This document shows, piece by piece, positions 20,399 to 27,746 of a DNA stretch of 64,000 bases. How positions within the stretch are numbered: the first letter of the stretch is position 1; the number at the start of each line of letters is the position of its first letter. Origin of the DNA: a virus. Both the position numbers and the translations under genes were made by a program. The notes beneath the pieces were generated by a model. That model saw only the letters and a program-made list of their open reading frames with translations, had not been told where the DNA came from and made no database searches. The stretch is from positions 2,280 through 66,279 of the IMG/VR virus record IMGVR_UViG_3300044630_001218; one strand, given 5' to 3'.

Positions 20399-20878
20399 TT
20401 AATCCTCCCCCTCGATTAGTTCTTCCATGTCGTAGCCGAAGTAGTCCACCGCGAACTGATTGATCTCGTCGTTGTCGTCGGTGTCCTCTTCGTGCGACAT
20501 GCCATTCGATATGTGTGCCGTGCCAGCAAAGCCCATGCCGAACTCGACATAACGCAGGACGAACTCATCGTTCGGGAACTTCTTCGACAGGGCAGCGATT
20601 GCTTGGCAAGGCGGAGACCACGCAGTCATAAAGGTAGCCTGTTGGATGTGATCGCTGTTAAGCATGAACTGCTCGAACACATCTCGTTGCTCTTGCTCAT
20701 CGAGATCCCACTTCGTACCCCAATTATCAACTCGCCAGTCGTACCATCCGCTACCTTCGAGTAGTTCAGGCGGTGTCGGCTTGATCTTCTCGAACGATAG
20801 ACTATTCTTCTGCAAGTAGGATTGCAGTTCATCGGATGGGGATTCAATTGTCAGTATGTTTTCGCACCAGTTTGGCAT
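20399..20878 (-). CDS. DUF1281/YubB ferredoxin-like family protein
   Basis: MPNWCEN, GWYDWRVDNWGTKWD, F.TAWSPP, Y.E.G.GF.G. Confidence 0.8.
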   Translation of the reverse strand: MPNWCENILTIESPSDELQSYLQKNSLSFEKIKPTPPELLEGSGWYDWRVDNWGTKWDLDEQEQRDVFEQFMLNSDHIQQATFMTAWSPPCQAIAALSKKFPNDEFVLRYVEFGMGFAGTAHISNGMSHEEDTDDNDEINQFAVDYFGYDMEELIEGED

Positions 20879-20898
20879 TGTATTTGTTTTCTATTTGT

Positions 20899-21063
20899 TT
20901 AGTTATCTTTGTTGTGGTCACTCATTACTTGTTCGAGGATTACCTTTAGCTCTATTGCTGTCTCACTATCCCCGCCAGAGTATTCATCAGCGAGAGCAAT
21001 AGCTTCCGTTGCGATTTCTTTGAGGGCTTCGATTGTTGCTAGTAGTTTTTCAATGGTAGACAT
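20899..21063 (-). CDS. Small acidic hypothetical protein
   Basis: Start moved to the ATG at the end of leader repeat B (MSTIEKLL...). Confidence 0.6.
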   Translation of the reverse strand: MSTIEKLLATIEALKEIATEAIALADEYSGGDSETAIELKVILEQVMSDHNKDN

Positions 21064-21115
21064 ATGTTTGTTTCTATTTGTTAGGTTGTGCTCCAACTAT
21101 GCGGTAAGCTACGCA
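21061..21115 (-). repeat. Leader repeat B, copy 1 (55 bp)
   Basis: Matches 21765-21819 with 2 mismatches; ends at a start codon. Confidence 0.9.
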
Positions 21116-21127
21116 TCCAGTTAAGTG

Positions 21128-21427
21128 TTAGTCGTTGCCCTTCGCAAACTGCATGAAGGCATAGGCAAGATTGTCTATGAGGTCGTCGAGTTCTACATTA
21201 GGATCATCCATAGAACAAGTCGCATAGATGTGCTGTTCGATAGGCCCCCACACTTCAAGCTCCTGCTGGTCAGCAAGTGCTTGCCTGTCCTCGCCATTGG
21301 CATCCGCGAGGATTGCTTTGCGTAGTCTCTCACCAGTCCAGTCGTCATGGCATGATGACAGGTAGAATGATGCCGCTAGTTTATATGCTTCGTCGCTCGT
21401 ATTCATATTCATATTTTTATTGTTCAT
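21128..21427 (-). CDS. Hypothetical acidic protein
   Basis: 99-aa ORF. Confidence 0.6.
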   Translation of the reverse strand: MNNKNMNMNTSDEAYKLAASFYLSSCHDDWTGERLRKAILADANGEDRQALADQQELEVWGPIEQHIYATCSMDDPNVELDDLIDNLAYAFMQFAKGND

Positions 21428-21428
21428 G

Positions 21429-21767
21429 TTATTGTGGTTTGATTCCTGTTAAATCTGCAATGGCGTCGATGATCGCATACCATTGCGGGTCGTTGTCTTC
21501 TGGATCGGAGTCCCTCAAATCGCGGAGGGAGTTCTGTATTCTCTGGATCTCTTCGTGTTTGCGGTACTTTTGTTTCGGGTTAGACGGCTTGTGTATCCCA
21601 CACACAAGACAGCAGTCGTCGTCGCAGTCTGGTGTGTCCTCTTCGCAGTCAATGCAATGGGAGTACTCGTCGATTCCAATGTCTAATGCGTAAGCAAAGA
21701 CAGCGGATGGGCCGCCACTATCGTAGTGCTTGATTGCTTCTTCGTATTGTTTCTGTGTTGCTTTCAT
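21429..21767 (-). CDS. Hypothetical protein with CxxC...CxxC zinc-ribbon motif
   Basis: CIDC...CLVCG; start at the ATG ending repeat B copy 2. Confidence 0.6.
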   Translation of the reverse strand: MKATQKQYEEAIKHYDSGGPSAVFAYALDIGIDEYSHCIDCEEDTPDCDDDCCLVCGIHKPSNPKQKYRKHEEIQRIQNSLRDLRDSDPEDNDPQWYAIIDAIADLTGIKPQ

Positions 21768-21819
21768 ATGCTTGTTTCTATTTGTTAGGTTGTGCTCCAA
21801 CCATGCGGTAAGCTACGCA
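21765..21819 (-). repeat. Leader repeat B, copy 2 (55 bp)
   Basis: Matches 21061-21115. Confidence 0.9.
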
Positions 21820-21849
21820 GTATCCATCGTGCAGGATACAGGCTTCGTG

Positions 21850-21942
21850 TTATCTGAATCGTGTGTTGTCGTTGTCCTGCAACAGGGCAGAGATAACGAC
21901 AGCCAGCAGGATCAAGAGTATGATTACTAGTGGGGTTGTCAT
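21850..21942 (-). CDS. 30-aa single-TM microprotein
   Basis: MTTPLVIILLILLAVVISALLQDNDNTRFR; ATGA-coupled to the peptidase stop. Confidence 0.5.
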   Translation of the reverse strand: MTTPLVIILLILLAVVISALLQDNDNTRFR

Positions 21943-22991
21943 ACCAGTACGGGTTTGTGTTTTGCTGTGACAGAATAACTATCTAGTTCTTCTGACATCT
22001 CATAGGAGATTAGTAGTTCTTCGAGGTCATCGGTCGTAGCCTTGTCGAGTTGGTCGTAGTACCTGCAATAACCGAAGTCTTCGAGATCCGCTATTAGTTT
22101 ATCTCTGTAATCGGAGTGCGGTTGGAATGTATCGGCGGCTAGTTCCTTGTCGATGTCGTCCCATGTATTGTTCTTCGACCACTTCCATTTACTCGTCGTA
22201 GTGTACGACTTGTATGTGGGCCAGTTGTCAACAGGCTTGTGCGACCAGCGGTGGTTGCCCATCGTGGTTGCGATTGCATAGGCTAGGTCACAGGCAATCT
22301 GCAACTCGTCGAGATGCACGACCTCGGTGTGTGAGTGCGGGTTGTGGTAGCCAGATGATATGTTAATCATCGAGACGCCGAGGCCGCGACTCGCAAGCTC
22401 GCCGATGTCGGTGACGCTACCTGTATTCTCGCTGTGCCTACTGGCTTGCGGCAAGGCAAGCACGGCAGCAATGAACTCATCCGATGCACAGGTCATGCCG
22501 TTGGTATCACGAATGACATCGAAGGTTCGGTTGTTCCTATCCGCTTGCAGGACAAAGGACGCATGGTCGAACCATGTGAGTGGCACTTCACCGCTACCAA
22601 TACACCCGACTTCCTCGTCACGAACGAACACCGCTGTGCAATGATTGAGTCTGTGCAACATCTCAAGTGCAAGGTAGATACCACACTTGTCGTCGCCGCC
22701 GACACCGCATTGCTTGTCGTTGCCGTCCACTGCGGATAGTACATTGTCCTTCAGACGCAACGACATGAAGGGCGCATAGCTATGCACCTGATCCATGTGT
22801 GCTAGGAAGTAAGGGTGTGGGCCAGTCGGCCCGCCTTTACGGATTAGCAGGTTGCCTCTGTTGCGTATGATGGTGCAACCCTTCGGGGCGAGGGACGAGA
22901 TGACCTGCATGGCATGGTCATTGCACTTCTTATTTTGTGACGGGTTCTGTATCTCGAACACCGCCTTCAGCATTTTGTTATTCACTTTCAT
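21939..22991 (-). CDS. M20/M28-family zinc peptidase
   Basis: AHMDQVH, GGDDKCG, DEEVGCIGS, QADR, GYHNPHSHTE. Confidence 0.85.
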   Translation of the reverse strand: MKVNNKMLKAVFEIQNPSQNKKCNDHAMQVISSLAPKGCTIIRNRGNLLIRKGGPTGPHPYFLAHMDQVHSYAPFMSLRLKDNVLSAVDGNDKQCGVGGDDKCGIYLALEMLHRLNHCTAVFVRDEEVGCIGSGEVPLTWFDHASFVLQADRNNRTFDVIRDTNGMTCASDEFIAAVLALPQASRHSENTGSVTDIGELASRGLGVSMINISSGYHNPHSHTEVVHLDELQIACDLAYAIATTMGNHRWSHKPVDNWPTYKSYTTTSKWKWSKNNTWDDIDKELAADTFQPHSDYRDKLIADLEDFGYCRYYDQLDKATTDDLEELLISYEMSEELDSYSVTAKHKPVLV

Positions 22992-23005
22992 ATGTATCTG
23001 ATTTG

Positions 23006-23025
23006 TTATTCGGTTAACCGAATAA
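23006..23025 (-). repeat. Hairpin repeat A, variant copy
   Basis: ttattcggttaaccgaataa; C-G to G-C compensatory swap relative to the consensus. Confidence 0.7.
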
Positions 23026-23038
23026 GGATTGGTTAGGG

Positions 23039-24529
23039 TTAGGCTTCTACTTCTGTGTCCGCTTCGGTATCGGCATAGACATAGTTGCCTTGTTCATCTC
23101 GCTTAACACGAGGGTCGGTGTAGAGCAAGTAGATTCCATCGGGCATCTCGACGGCATCATCATTGTGTGCGTACTCGCCGCTACTCTCGTTGCCGATTTC
23201 TATTGCGTCATCGGAGAGGATGTTCTCTCCGTTGTGCGCTTCTGTGATGTCATCGTCGTGCGCCCATGCTCGTCTGCCGTAGTTCGATTCATCCAGCAAA
23301 CTACAATCCTCTCGCAACTCGTAGTCCCCGTTGTGTGTACATACTACATCGTCATTGCAGTACCACTCTTCGTACCGATCGACATATGTCGCATCGTCAA
23401 TATGGGATCGCCCGCCGTGGTGCAGAGTCACCATGTTCTCGTCATCTTCGAAGTCACCTGATCCATCTGTCTGGTCAAGGCTACCGACAAGGTAGCAACC
23501 ATCAATAGACGAGGACTTGCGATTGCGTAAGCACCCATCGCTGTACCAGTAGCGCATCGAGTCAACATACGGATACTCGGAGAAGTTGTAGTGATCCACA
23601 CCACCGAGGCTTATCCTAATGTTCCTAAACTCAAGACCAATCTCGCCGATGCAGGAATCATGCACACACTTGTTGATATTGTTGGCGGCGCAGAACTCTT
23701 TGACCACATCGAGAACAGCACGAAGTTTGACGCTGTTGCGGGTGTGGGCATAGACCCTATCTAAATACAGGTCATCTGGGTTAGTGCCGTACCACACTAG
23801 CGCACGACCACTATGCTCGCCGCGTCCGTTGGTAATTGTTATCATGCCTAGCTTGCCGATCCTTTGTAGGTAATCGTACAACTCGAACCTCGACTCATTT
23901 TCGCCAGCCATACACGAGCCGAACTGACTATCGCTCTCGCTGGCATAGACATCTGATATGTTGCCAGTGATGAAGTCGCAATGATACTTCATGCTGTCTA
24001 TGATATCAGGTATCTTGGACAGCATATCGTTGGTGATATCCTGCGTGAGCGGTGTCATGCCGAGCATCTTACGCAGGGCATTGATAGCGGCTACAGGACG
24101 CATGTAGTCTGACCAACGCGACTTGCTTTCGTAGTTGTAGATGTACTCTCTGGTGTACTCTACAAGTCGGGCACCAGACTTCTCGTCCAGTACGAACGGA
24201 GGTCGGTTGGTGTGCTCGCTGATCGCTTCCAGTCCTGCTGCTAACGGGATGTCTTTGTGCTGTCCGTTATCCAGTAGCGGTACAGGCAAGGACAGCCTTA
24301 CCTGTGCTCCCTTGATTAGCATATCCCACACTCCGTATGTTCGGTATCTCTCGATCGAACCTGATGGTCGGCGGTGTGCGTCTATGCAGTATGTCATTAG
24401 ACCTGTATCCTTGTTGTAGATAACGAGGTCTTGTGGTATGTAGTCTACTCCGCAGAACAATGCGGCTACTGCTTCGCTGACGCTGATCGAATCTTCATCG
24501 ACCAGCTGTATGTCTTTTCTATATCTCAT
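23039..24529 (-). CDS. Conserved phage protein (SCM...GRALVW...DRVY...PYVD) with acidic C-terminal repeats
   Basis: 496-aa ORF; motif set seen in phage early proteins; function unknown. Confidence 0.7.
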   Translation of the reverse strand: MRYRKDIQLVDEDSISVSEAVAALFCGVDYIPQDLVIYNKDTGLMTYCIDAHRRPSGSIERYRTYGVWDMLIKGAQVRLSLPVPLLDNGQHKDIPLAAGLEAISEHTNRPPFVLDEKSGARLVEYTREYIYNYESKSRWSDYMRPVAAINALRKMLGMTPLTQDITNDMLSKIPDIIDSMKYHCDFITGNISDVYASESDSQFGSCMAGENESRFELYDYLQRIGKLGMITITNGRGEHSGRALVWYGTNPDDLYLDRVYAHTRNSVKLRAVLDVVKEFCAANNINKCVHDSCIGEIGLEFRNIRISLGGVDHYNFSEYPYVDSMRYWYSDGCLRNRKSSSIDGCYLVGSLDQTDGSGDFEDDENMVTLHHGGRSHIDDATYVDRYEEWYCNDDVVCTHNGDYELREDCSLLDESNYGRRAWAHDDDITEAHNGENILSDDAIEIGNESSGEYAHNDDAVEMPDGIYLLYTDPRVKRDEQGNYVYADTEADTEVEA

Positions 24530-24536
24530 TTGTTTA

Positions 24537-24627
24537 TTTCTATTCTTATTTGTTTTGCGTGCTCATACCATATGAACAGCGTGCTACCCTTATTCCGTTG
24601 ACGGAATAAGAGTAGTATCGCTAATCA
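24537..24627 (-). repeat. Hairpin repeat A (core 24589-24610)
   Basis: 24560-24627 identical to 25188-25255; 24537-24610 identical to 25757-25830. Confidence 0.95.
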
Positions 24628-24637
24628 TGTAGAGGGA

Positions 24638-25171
24638 TTACATTTTCAGATAGTCAAGGTTGCGTTGGGCTGACTCGATTGCATCTTCCGTAGTGAACGG
24701 GCAATACCAGTTCCTGAGCGGGTCTTCGCCAGTCTTGGCACAATACAAATCATACAATGCCCAGCACCTAAAGGAGTGCAGTATCCTGCCTAGACAACCC
24801 GCCTGTCCGAGTTCGATGAGAGTGACCTCATCTATCTCGTCACCTTCACGCTCATCGAATCCTGCTATCGGTTGGTAGTCACCACATCCAGCGATGCTGT
24901 CTTGATAAACTACATACCAATGCTTGCCGTCTTTACGACCCATGCTGACATACTGAATATCCATATGCCAACTTTCTGGGCAACACCTGTCATCGCAAGG
25001 CCAAGGTACTCCGACATCCTCGGCATCAGACTCCCACTCGAAGTCACCTTCTGGCGTGCCATCGAACAAGCCTTCGAGTGTGGGGGTTTCGAGGTTGTCG
25101 ATCTTGTCTGCATAAACAGACTCAACCTCATTGGTCAGCTCTTCTATTATTTGTTTTTGTTCTTTAGTCAT
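24638..25171 (-). CDS. Acidic hypothetical protein (cassette between repeats)
   Basis: 177-aa ORF bounded by two repeat A copies. Confidence 0.7.
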   Translation of the reverse strand: MTKEQKQIIEELTNEVESVYADKIDNLETPTLEGLFDGTPEGDFEWESDAEDVGVPWPCDDRCCPESWHMDIQYVSMGRKDGKHWYVVYQDSIAGCGDYQPIAGFDEREGDEIDEVTLIELGQAGCLGRILHSFRCWALYDLYCAKTGEDPLRNWYCPFTTEDAIESAQRNLDYLKM

Positions 25172-25187
25172 ATTTCTATTTGTTTAC

Positions 25188-25255
25188 TGCTCATACCATA
25201 TGAACAGCGTGCTACCCTTATTCCGTTGACGGAATAAGAGTAGTATCGCTAATCA
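25188..25255 (-). repeat. Hairpin repeat A (core 25217-25238)
   Basis: 68 bp identical to 24560-24627. Confidence 0.95.
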
Positions 25256-25750
25256 CTTGTTGAGGTAGATAACCTTTGCGTTAGCATCATCTATCGGGTC
25301 TATCTTGAATCGCGCTTCACTCTCGTCATCGTGTGGATACCACCTATCCCCACAACATTGGCAGTCTTTGCCATCGCGCACGCCATTCCAATAGAGTCCG
25401 TTCTTCTCTGCGATCTCGTTCGCCACCACATAGTTCGGGGCTTCGATGATAACATTGCTTGGGCCGTATGTCTTACCACCACTATTATTCTGGTGGTAGT
25501 GGTAGAATCTAATCGGCGGCAGCGTTAGCAACGCTGCATCTTGCTTCACTCTGTAGATAGAGTTGCTTAATGCGACTTCGATATCCCCGAACGCACTCTG
25601 CGGGAACCACCAGTCGTGATCTTCGTCGCAGTTCGGATCAATAAGAGGCTTAAGCATCTCAAGCACTCTCTTGCGCATCTCTCTAGTGCGCTTCTGCATA
25701 TCCTCTAGTTCTTCAACTAGATACTCGGCATACTCATTGTATTCGTTCAT
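25253..25750 (-). CDS. Hypothetical protein with QNNSGG...DC.CCGDRW domain (cassette between repeats)
   Basis: FYHYHQNNSGG, IIEA, GLYWNGV..G.DCQCCGDRW. Confidence 0.75.
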   Translation of the reverse strand: MNEYNEYAEYLVEELEDMQKRTREMRKRVLEMLKPLIDPNCDEDHDWWFPQSAFGDIEVALSNSIYRVKQDAALLTLPPIRFYHYHQNNSGGKTYGPSNVIIEAPNYVVANEIAEKNGLYWNGVRDGKDCQCCGDRWYPHDDESEARFKIDPIDDANAKVIYLNK

Positions 25751-25756
25751 ATTTGT

Positions 25757-25847
25757 TTTCTATTCTTATTTGTTTTGCGTGCTCATACCATATGAACAGC
25801 GTGCTACCCTTATTCCGTTGACGGAATAAGGGCAGAGTCGCTAGTCA
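25757..25847 (-). repeat. Hairpin repeat A (core 25809-25830)
   Basis: 74 bp identical to 24537-24610. Confidence 0.95.
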
Positions 25848-25988
25848 TTTGCCTATGACTGGCATCATCACGACATTGCCATACAAGACTGGCGTTGGCG
25901 TTGCTAACTTGTCGAGCGCATCACGGCTCGCAAGATAGATGATGGCGGCGTCAACCGATGCGGTGCTTGTGGTCGCGTCAATGTTCAT
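25845..25988 (-). CDS. 47-aa hypothetical protein
   Basis: MNIDATTS...VIGK; ATGA-coupled. Confidence 0.5.
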   Translation of the reverse strand: MNIDATTSTASVDAAIIYLASRDALDKLATPTPVLYGNVVMMPVIGK

Positions 25989-26173
25989 GGCTTCACCTCC
26001 ACTTGCTCGAATGCTTGAGCCAACGACACGCCAAATGGCTTTGGCTGTTGCTGTGGCTTTGGCGTTGTCGTGACGAGATCGACAAGCGGGCGATGCCATT
26101 TGATGACATTGGGCTTGCTGATGTTCTCTTCGAGGAGCGCAAAGAATCGCGCATGTTCTTTTGTCTTTCTCAT
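25985..26173 (-). CDS. 62-aa basic hypothetical protein
   Basis: MRKTKEHARFF...; starts after a repeat A copy and an A-rich leader. Confidence 0.55.
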   Translation of the reverse strand: MRKTKEHARFFALLEENISKPNVIKWHRPLVDLVTTTPKPQQQPKPFGVSLAQAFEQVEVKP

Positions 26174-26212
26174 GTTTATTTTTCTATGCGGGGTTATGAA
26201 CCGCTTGCTGAC

Positions 26213-26234
26213 CTTATTCCGTTGACGGAATAAG
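26213..26234 (-). repeat. Hairpin repeat A core
   Basis: Exact cttattccgttgacggaataag with a different but pairing lower stem. Confidence 0.9.
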
Positions 26235-26250
26235 ACCAGACAGCGAGTCA

Positions 26251-26337
26251 TCACCATGAGCCGTTCATGTATTGAATGGCGATGATGCCGTAGACGGCAA
26301 TGATGATGCCGATTAGGATTGCGAGTGTTTCTTTCAT
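26251..26337 (-). CDS. 28-aa single-TM microprotein
   Basis: MKETLAILIGIIIAVYGIIAIQYMNGSW, between two repeat A copies. Confidence 0.5.
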   Translation of the reverse strand: MKETLAILIGIIIAVYGIIAIQYMNGSW

Positions 26338-26402
26338 GGTATTTGAATGTGGAAACCTGTATCCTGAAAGGGTTGGACTTGCAGGATACAGGGTGCAGGA
26401 TT

Positions 26403-26424
26403 CTTATTCCGTTGACGGATTAAG
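26403..26424 (-). repeat. Hairpin repeat A core (1 mismatch)
   Basis: cttattccgttgacggattaag. Confidence 0.85.
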
Positions 26425-26426
26425 GA

Positions 26427-26807
26427 TTACATTGCGGCGAGCAGGGCAATGAGCTTCTTCACGCCCTTGGCATCCAAGGCACGAGCCATGTGAGCGAGTT
26501 GCTCTGGCGTGACACCTTTGCCGCTTGGCTTGTCGCTTGGCTTGCTTGCCTTGCGTCCGCCACCCGCCGCACGCAAGCGGAAGCCAGCATCGCAAGCAAT
26601 CTCGCCCGCCCACTTGTTGGAATAGCCCTTGCTAACTGCGAACTCTACGAACGCGCGGCGGAATGCCATTGGATTGGACTTGTCCGCCTGTGCATTCCAT
26701 AGCGCAAGCAAGGCATCCATGAGTTTGACTTCTGCCTTGTGGACTGCTTCCATGAACGGAAGAAGTGAAGTGAAGTCAATGTTTTGTTTTTCTGTTTTGT
26801 TTTGCAT
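26427..26807 (-). CDS. First gene of the leftward early region, Ala/Lys-rich hypothetical protein
   Basis: MQNKTEKQN... start downstream of the hairpin at 26847-26868. Confidence 0.65.
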   Translation of the reverse strand: MQNKTEKQNIDFTSLLPFMEAVHKAEVKLMDALLALWNAQADKSNPMAFRRAFVEFAVSKGYSNKWAGEIACDAGFRLRAAGGGRKASKPSDKPSGKGVTPEQLAHMARALDAKGVKKLIALLAAM

Positions 26808-26838
26808 ACTTTTTTGTTTTCGTATTTGTTTTAGTTGA

Positions 26839-26882
26839 GCGATGCGCTTATTCCGTTGACAGAATAAGAAGAGACGCATCGC
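26839..26882 (-). repeat. Hairpin repeat A core (26847-26868) with outer gcgatgcg/cgcatcgc stem
   Basis: The single core substitution gives a U-G wobble on the minus strand. Confidence 0.85.
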
Positions 26883-26959
26883 CCTTCACATACTAGGGAA
26901 ACCACACCTCGCACACGCCACGCTTGCATCATACCGCAAACGCTACTTGCGCCCTGTAT

Positions 26960-27001
26960 CAGGCATCAGGGAACATGAATCAGGATACAGGCTACGGGTA
27001 G
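26960..27001 (+). repeat. Degenerate heptamer array
   Basis: caggcat cagggaa catgaat caggata caggcta cgggtag. Confidence 0.7.
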
Positions 27002-27101
27002 GATGGTTCTTTTTTTCACAGACGCGCGCGTATAGGTAACCTCCTTGAGAAAAAATAATTTTACTTGACAAATTAGGTATTGACACGAGAGTATGGTGCC
27101 T

Positions 27102-27335
27102 ATGAGCGACAAGCAATCCTACTACGAGCGGTTCAAAGAGGAACGTAAGGCCTATCAGAAGGCGTATTACACCAAGAATAAGGAGTCGCTGAAGCGTAAA
27201 AAGGAGCTAGATGCAAGCCTAAAACCAGAAAAACTGGAAAAAGTGCGGGATTATCAGCGAAATTACTACTTGACAAACCGTCAGAAGTTGCTGGAACGCA
27301 AACGGTTACGCTATCTGGAAGAAAAATCTGCGTAA
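27102..27335 (+). CDS. Basic Tyr/Lys/Arg-rich helical protein (like HNH-associated linkers, no nuclease)
   Basis: YQKAYYTKNKE / YQRNYYLTNRQ repeats; TTGACA(27065)-18-GAGTAT 7 nt before the ATG. Confidence 0.6.
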   Translation: MSDKQSYYERFKEERKAYQKAYYTKNKESLKRKKELDASLKPEKLEKVRDYQRNYYLTNRQKLLERKRLRYLEEKSA

Positions 27336-27338
27336 CTG

Positions 27339-27423
27339 TGACCTGCATCCTGTATCACGTGACCTGTTTCATGTGTCACGTAGCCTAAAAGGGTACAGTG
27401 TGTAGGATACAGTACAAAGTGGA
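27339..27423. repeat. Inverted pair of degenerate heptamer arrays
   Basis: tgacctg catcctg tatcacg tgacctg tttcatg tgtcacg tagccta, then aagggta cagtgtg taggata cagtaca aagtgga. Confidence 0.7.
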
Positions 27424-27574
27424 CGCTTTGTGTACAGTTTTTGATACGTTAGCACATTTCGCGGACGGACAGGCGCGGTAAACGGTTCCGGTTACAGGAT
27501 TCAGAAACAATTGGACACGACTTTTGGGCTCTTAAAAAATGAAAAACTGAGATTTCTAAATGTCTGAAAACTTT

Positions 27575-27666
27575 TAGGAAGTGTGCTAATTCATAATAAA
27601 CTCAATAATTCAATTAATACTGAATTACTGAAGTATTATGAATTATCTAAAGACTAGAGATTTATA
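27575..27666. repeat. AT-rich palindromic element, copy 2
   Basis: Same TAGGAAGTGTG...CTAAAGnCTAGAG flanks and four TAATTCA/TGAATTA boxes as 483-573. Confidence 0.9.
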
Positions 27667-27712
27667 TATAAGGTTTACAAAAATCAATTTTTCATTTTTT
27701 GAAGGAAATAAC

Positions 27713-27740
27713 TTGACGAATTGGGCGGTTGTGGTAAGGT
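27713..27740 (+). promoter_or_regulatory. Putative sigma70-type promoter, leaderless
   Basis: TTGACG-16-TAAGGT, 6 nt before ATG 27747. Confidence 0.55.
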
Positions 27741-27746
27741 CCGCTC

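Noticed and set aside
23006-26882. Palindromic repeats read as a CRISPR array
   Set aside because: The spacing is 190-1,580 bp and contains whole genes; there is no cas1/cas2, and the Cas4-like gene is a solo nuclease in the replication block
21061-26882. Repeats read as integron attC sites
   Set aside because: No integron integrase is present; repeat A lacks RYYYAAC...GTTRRRY ends, and in repeat B the core-like boxes are in the wrong order
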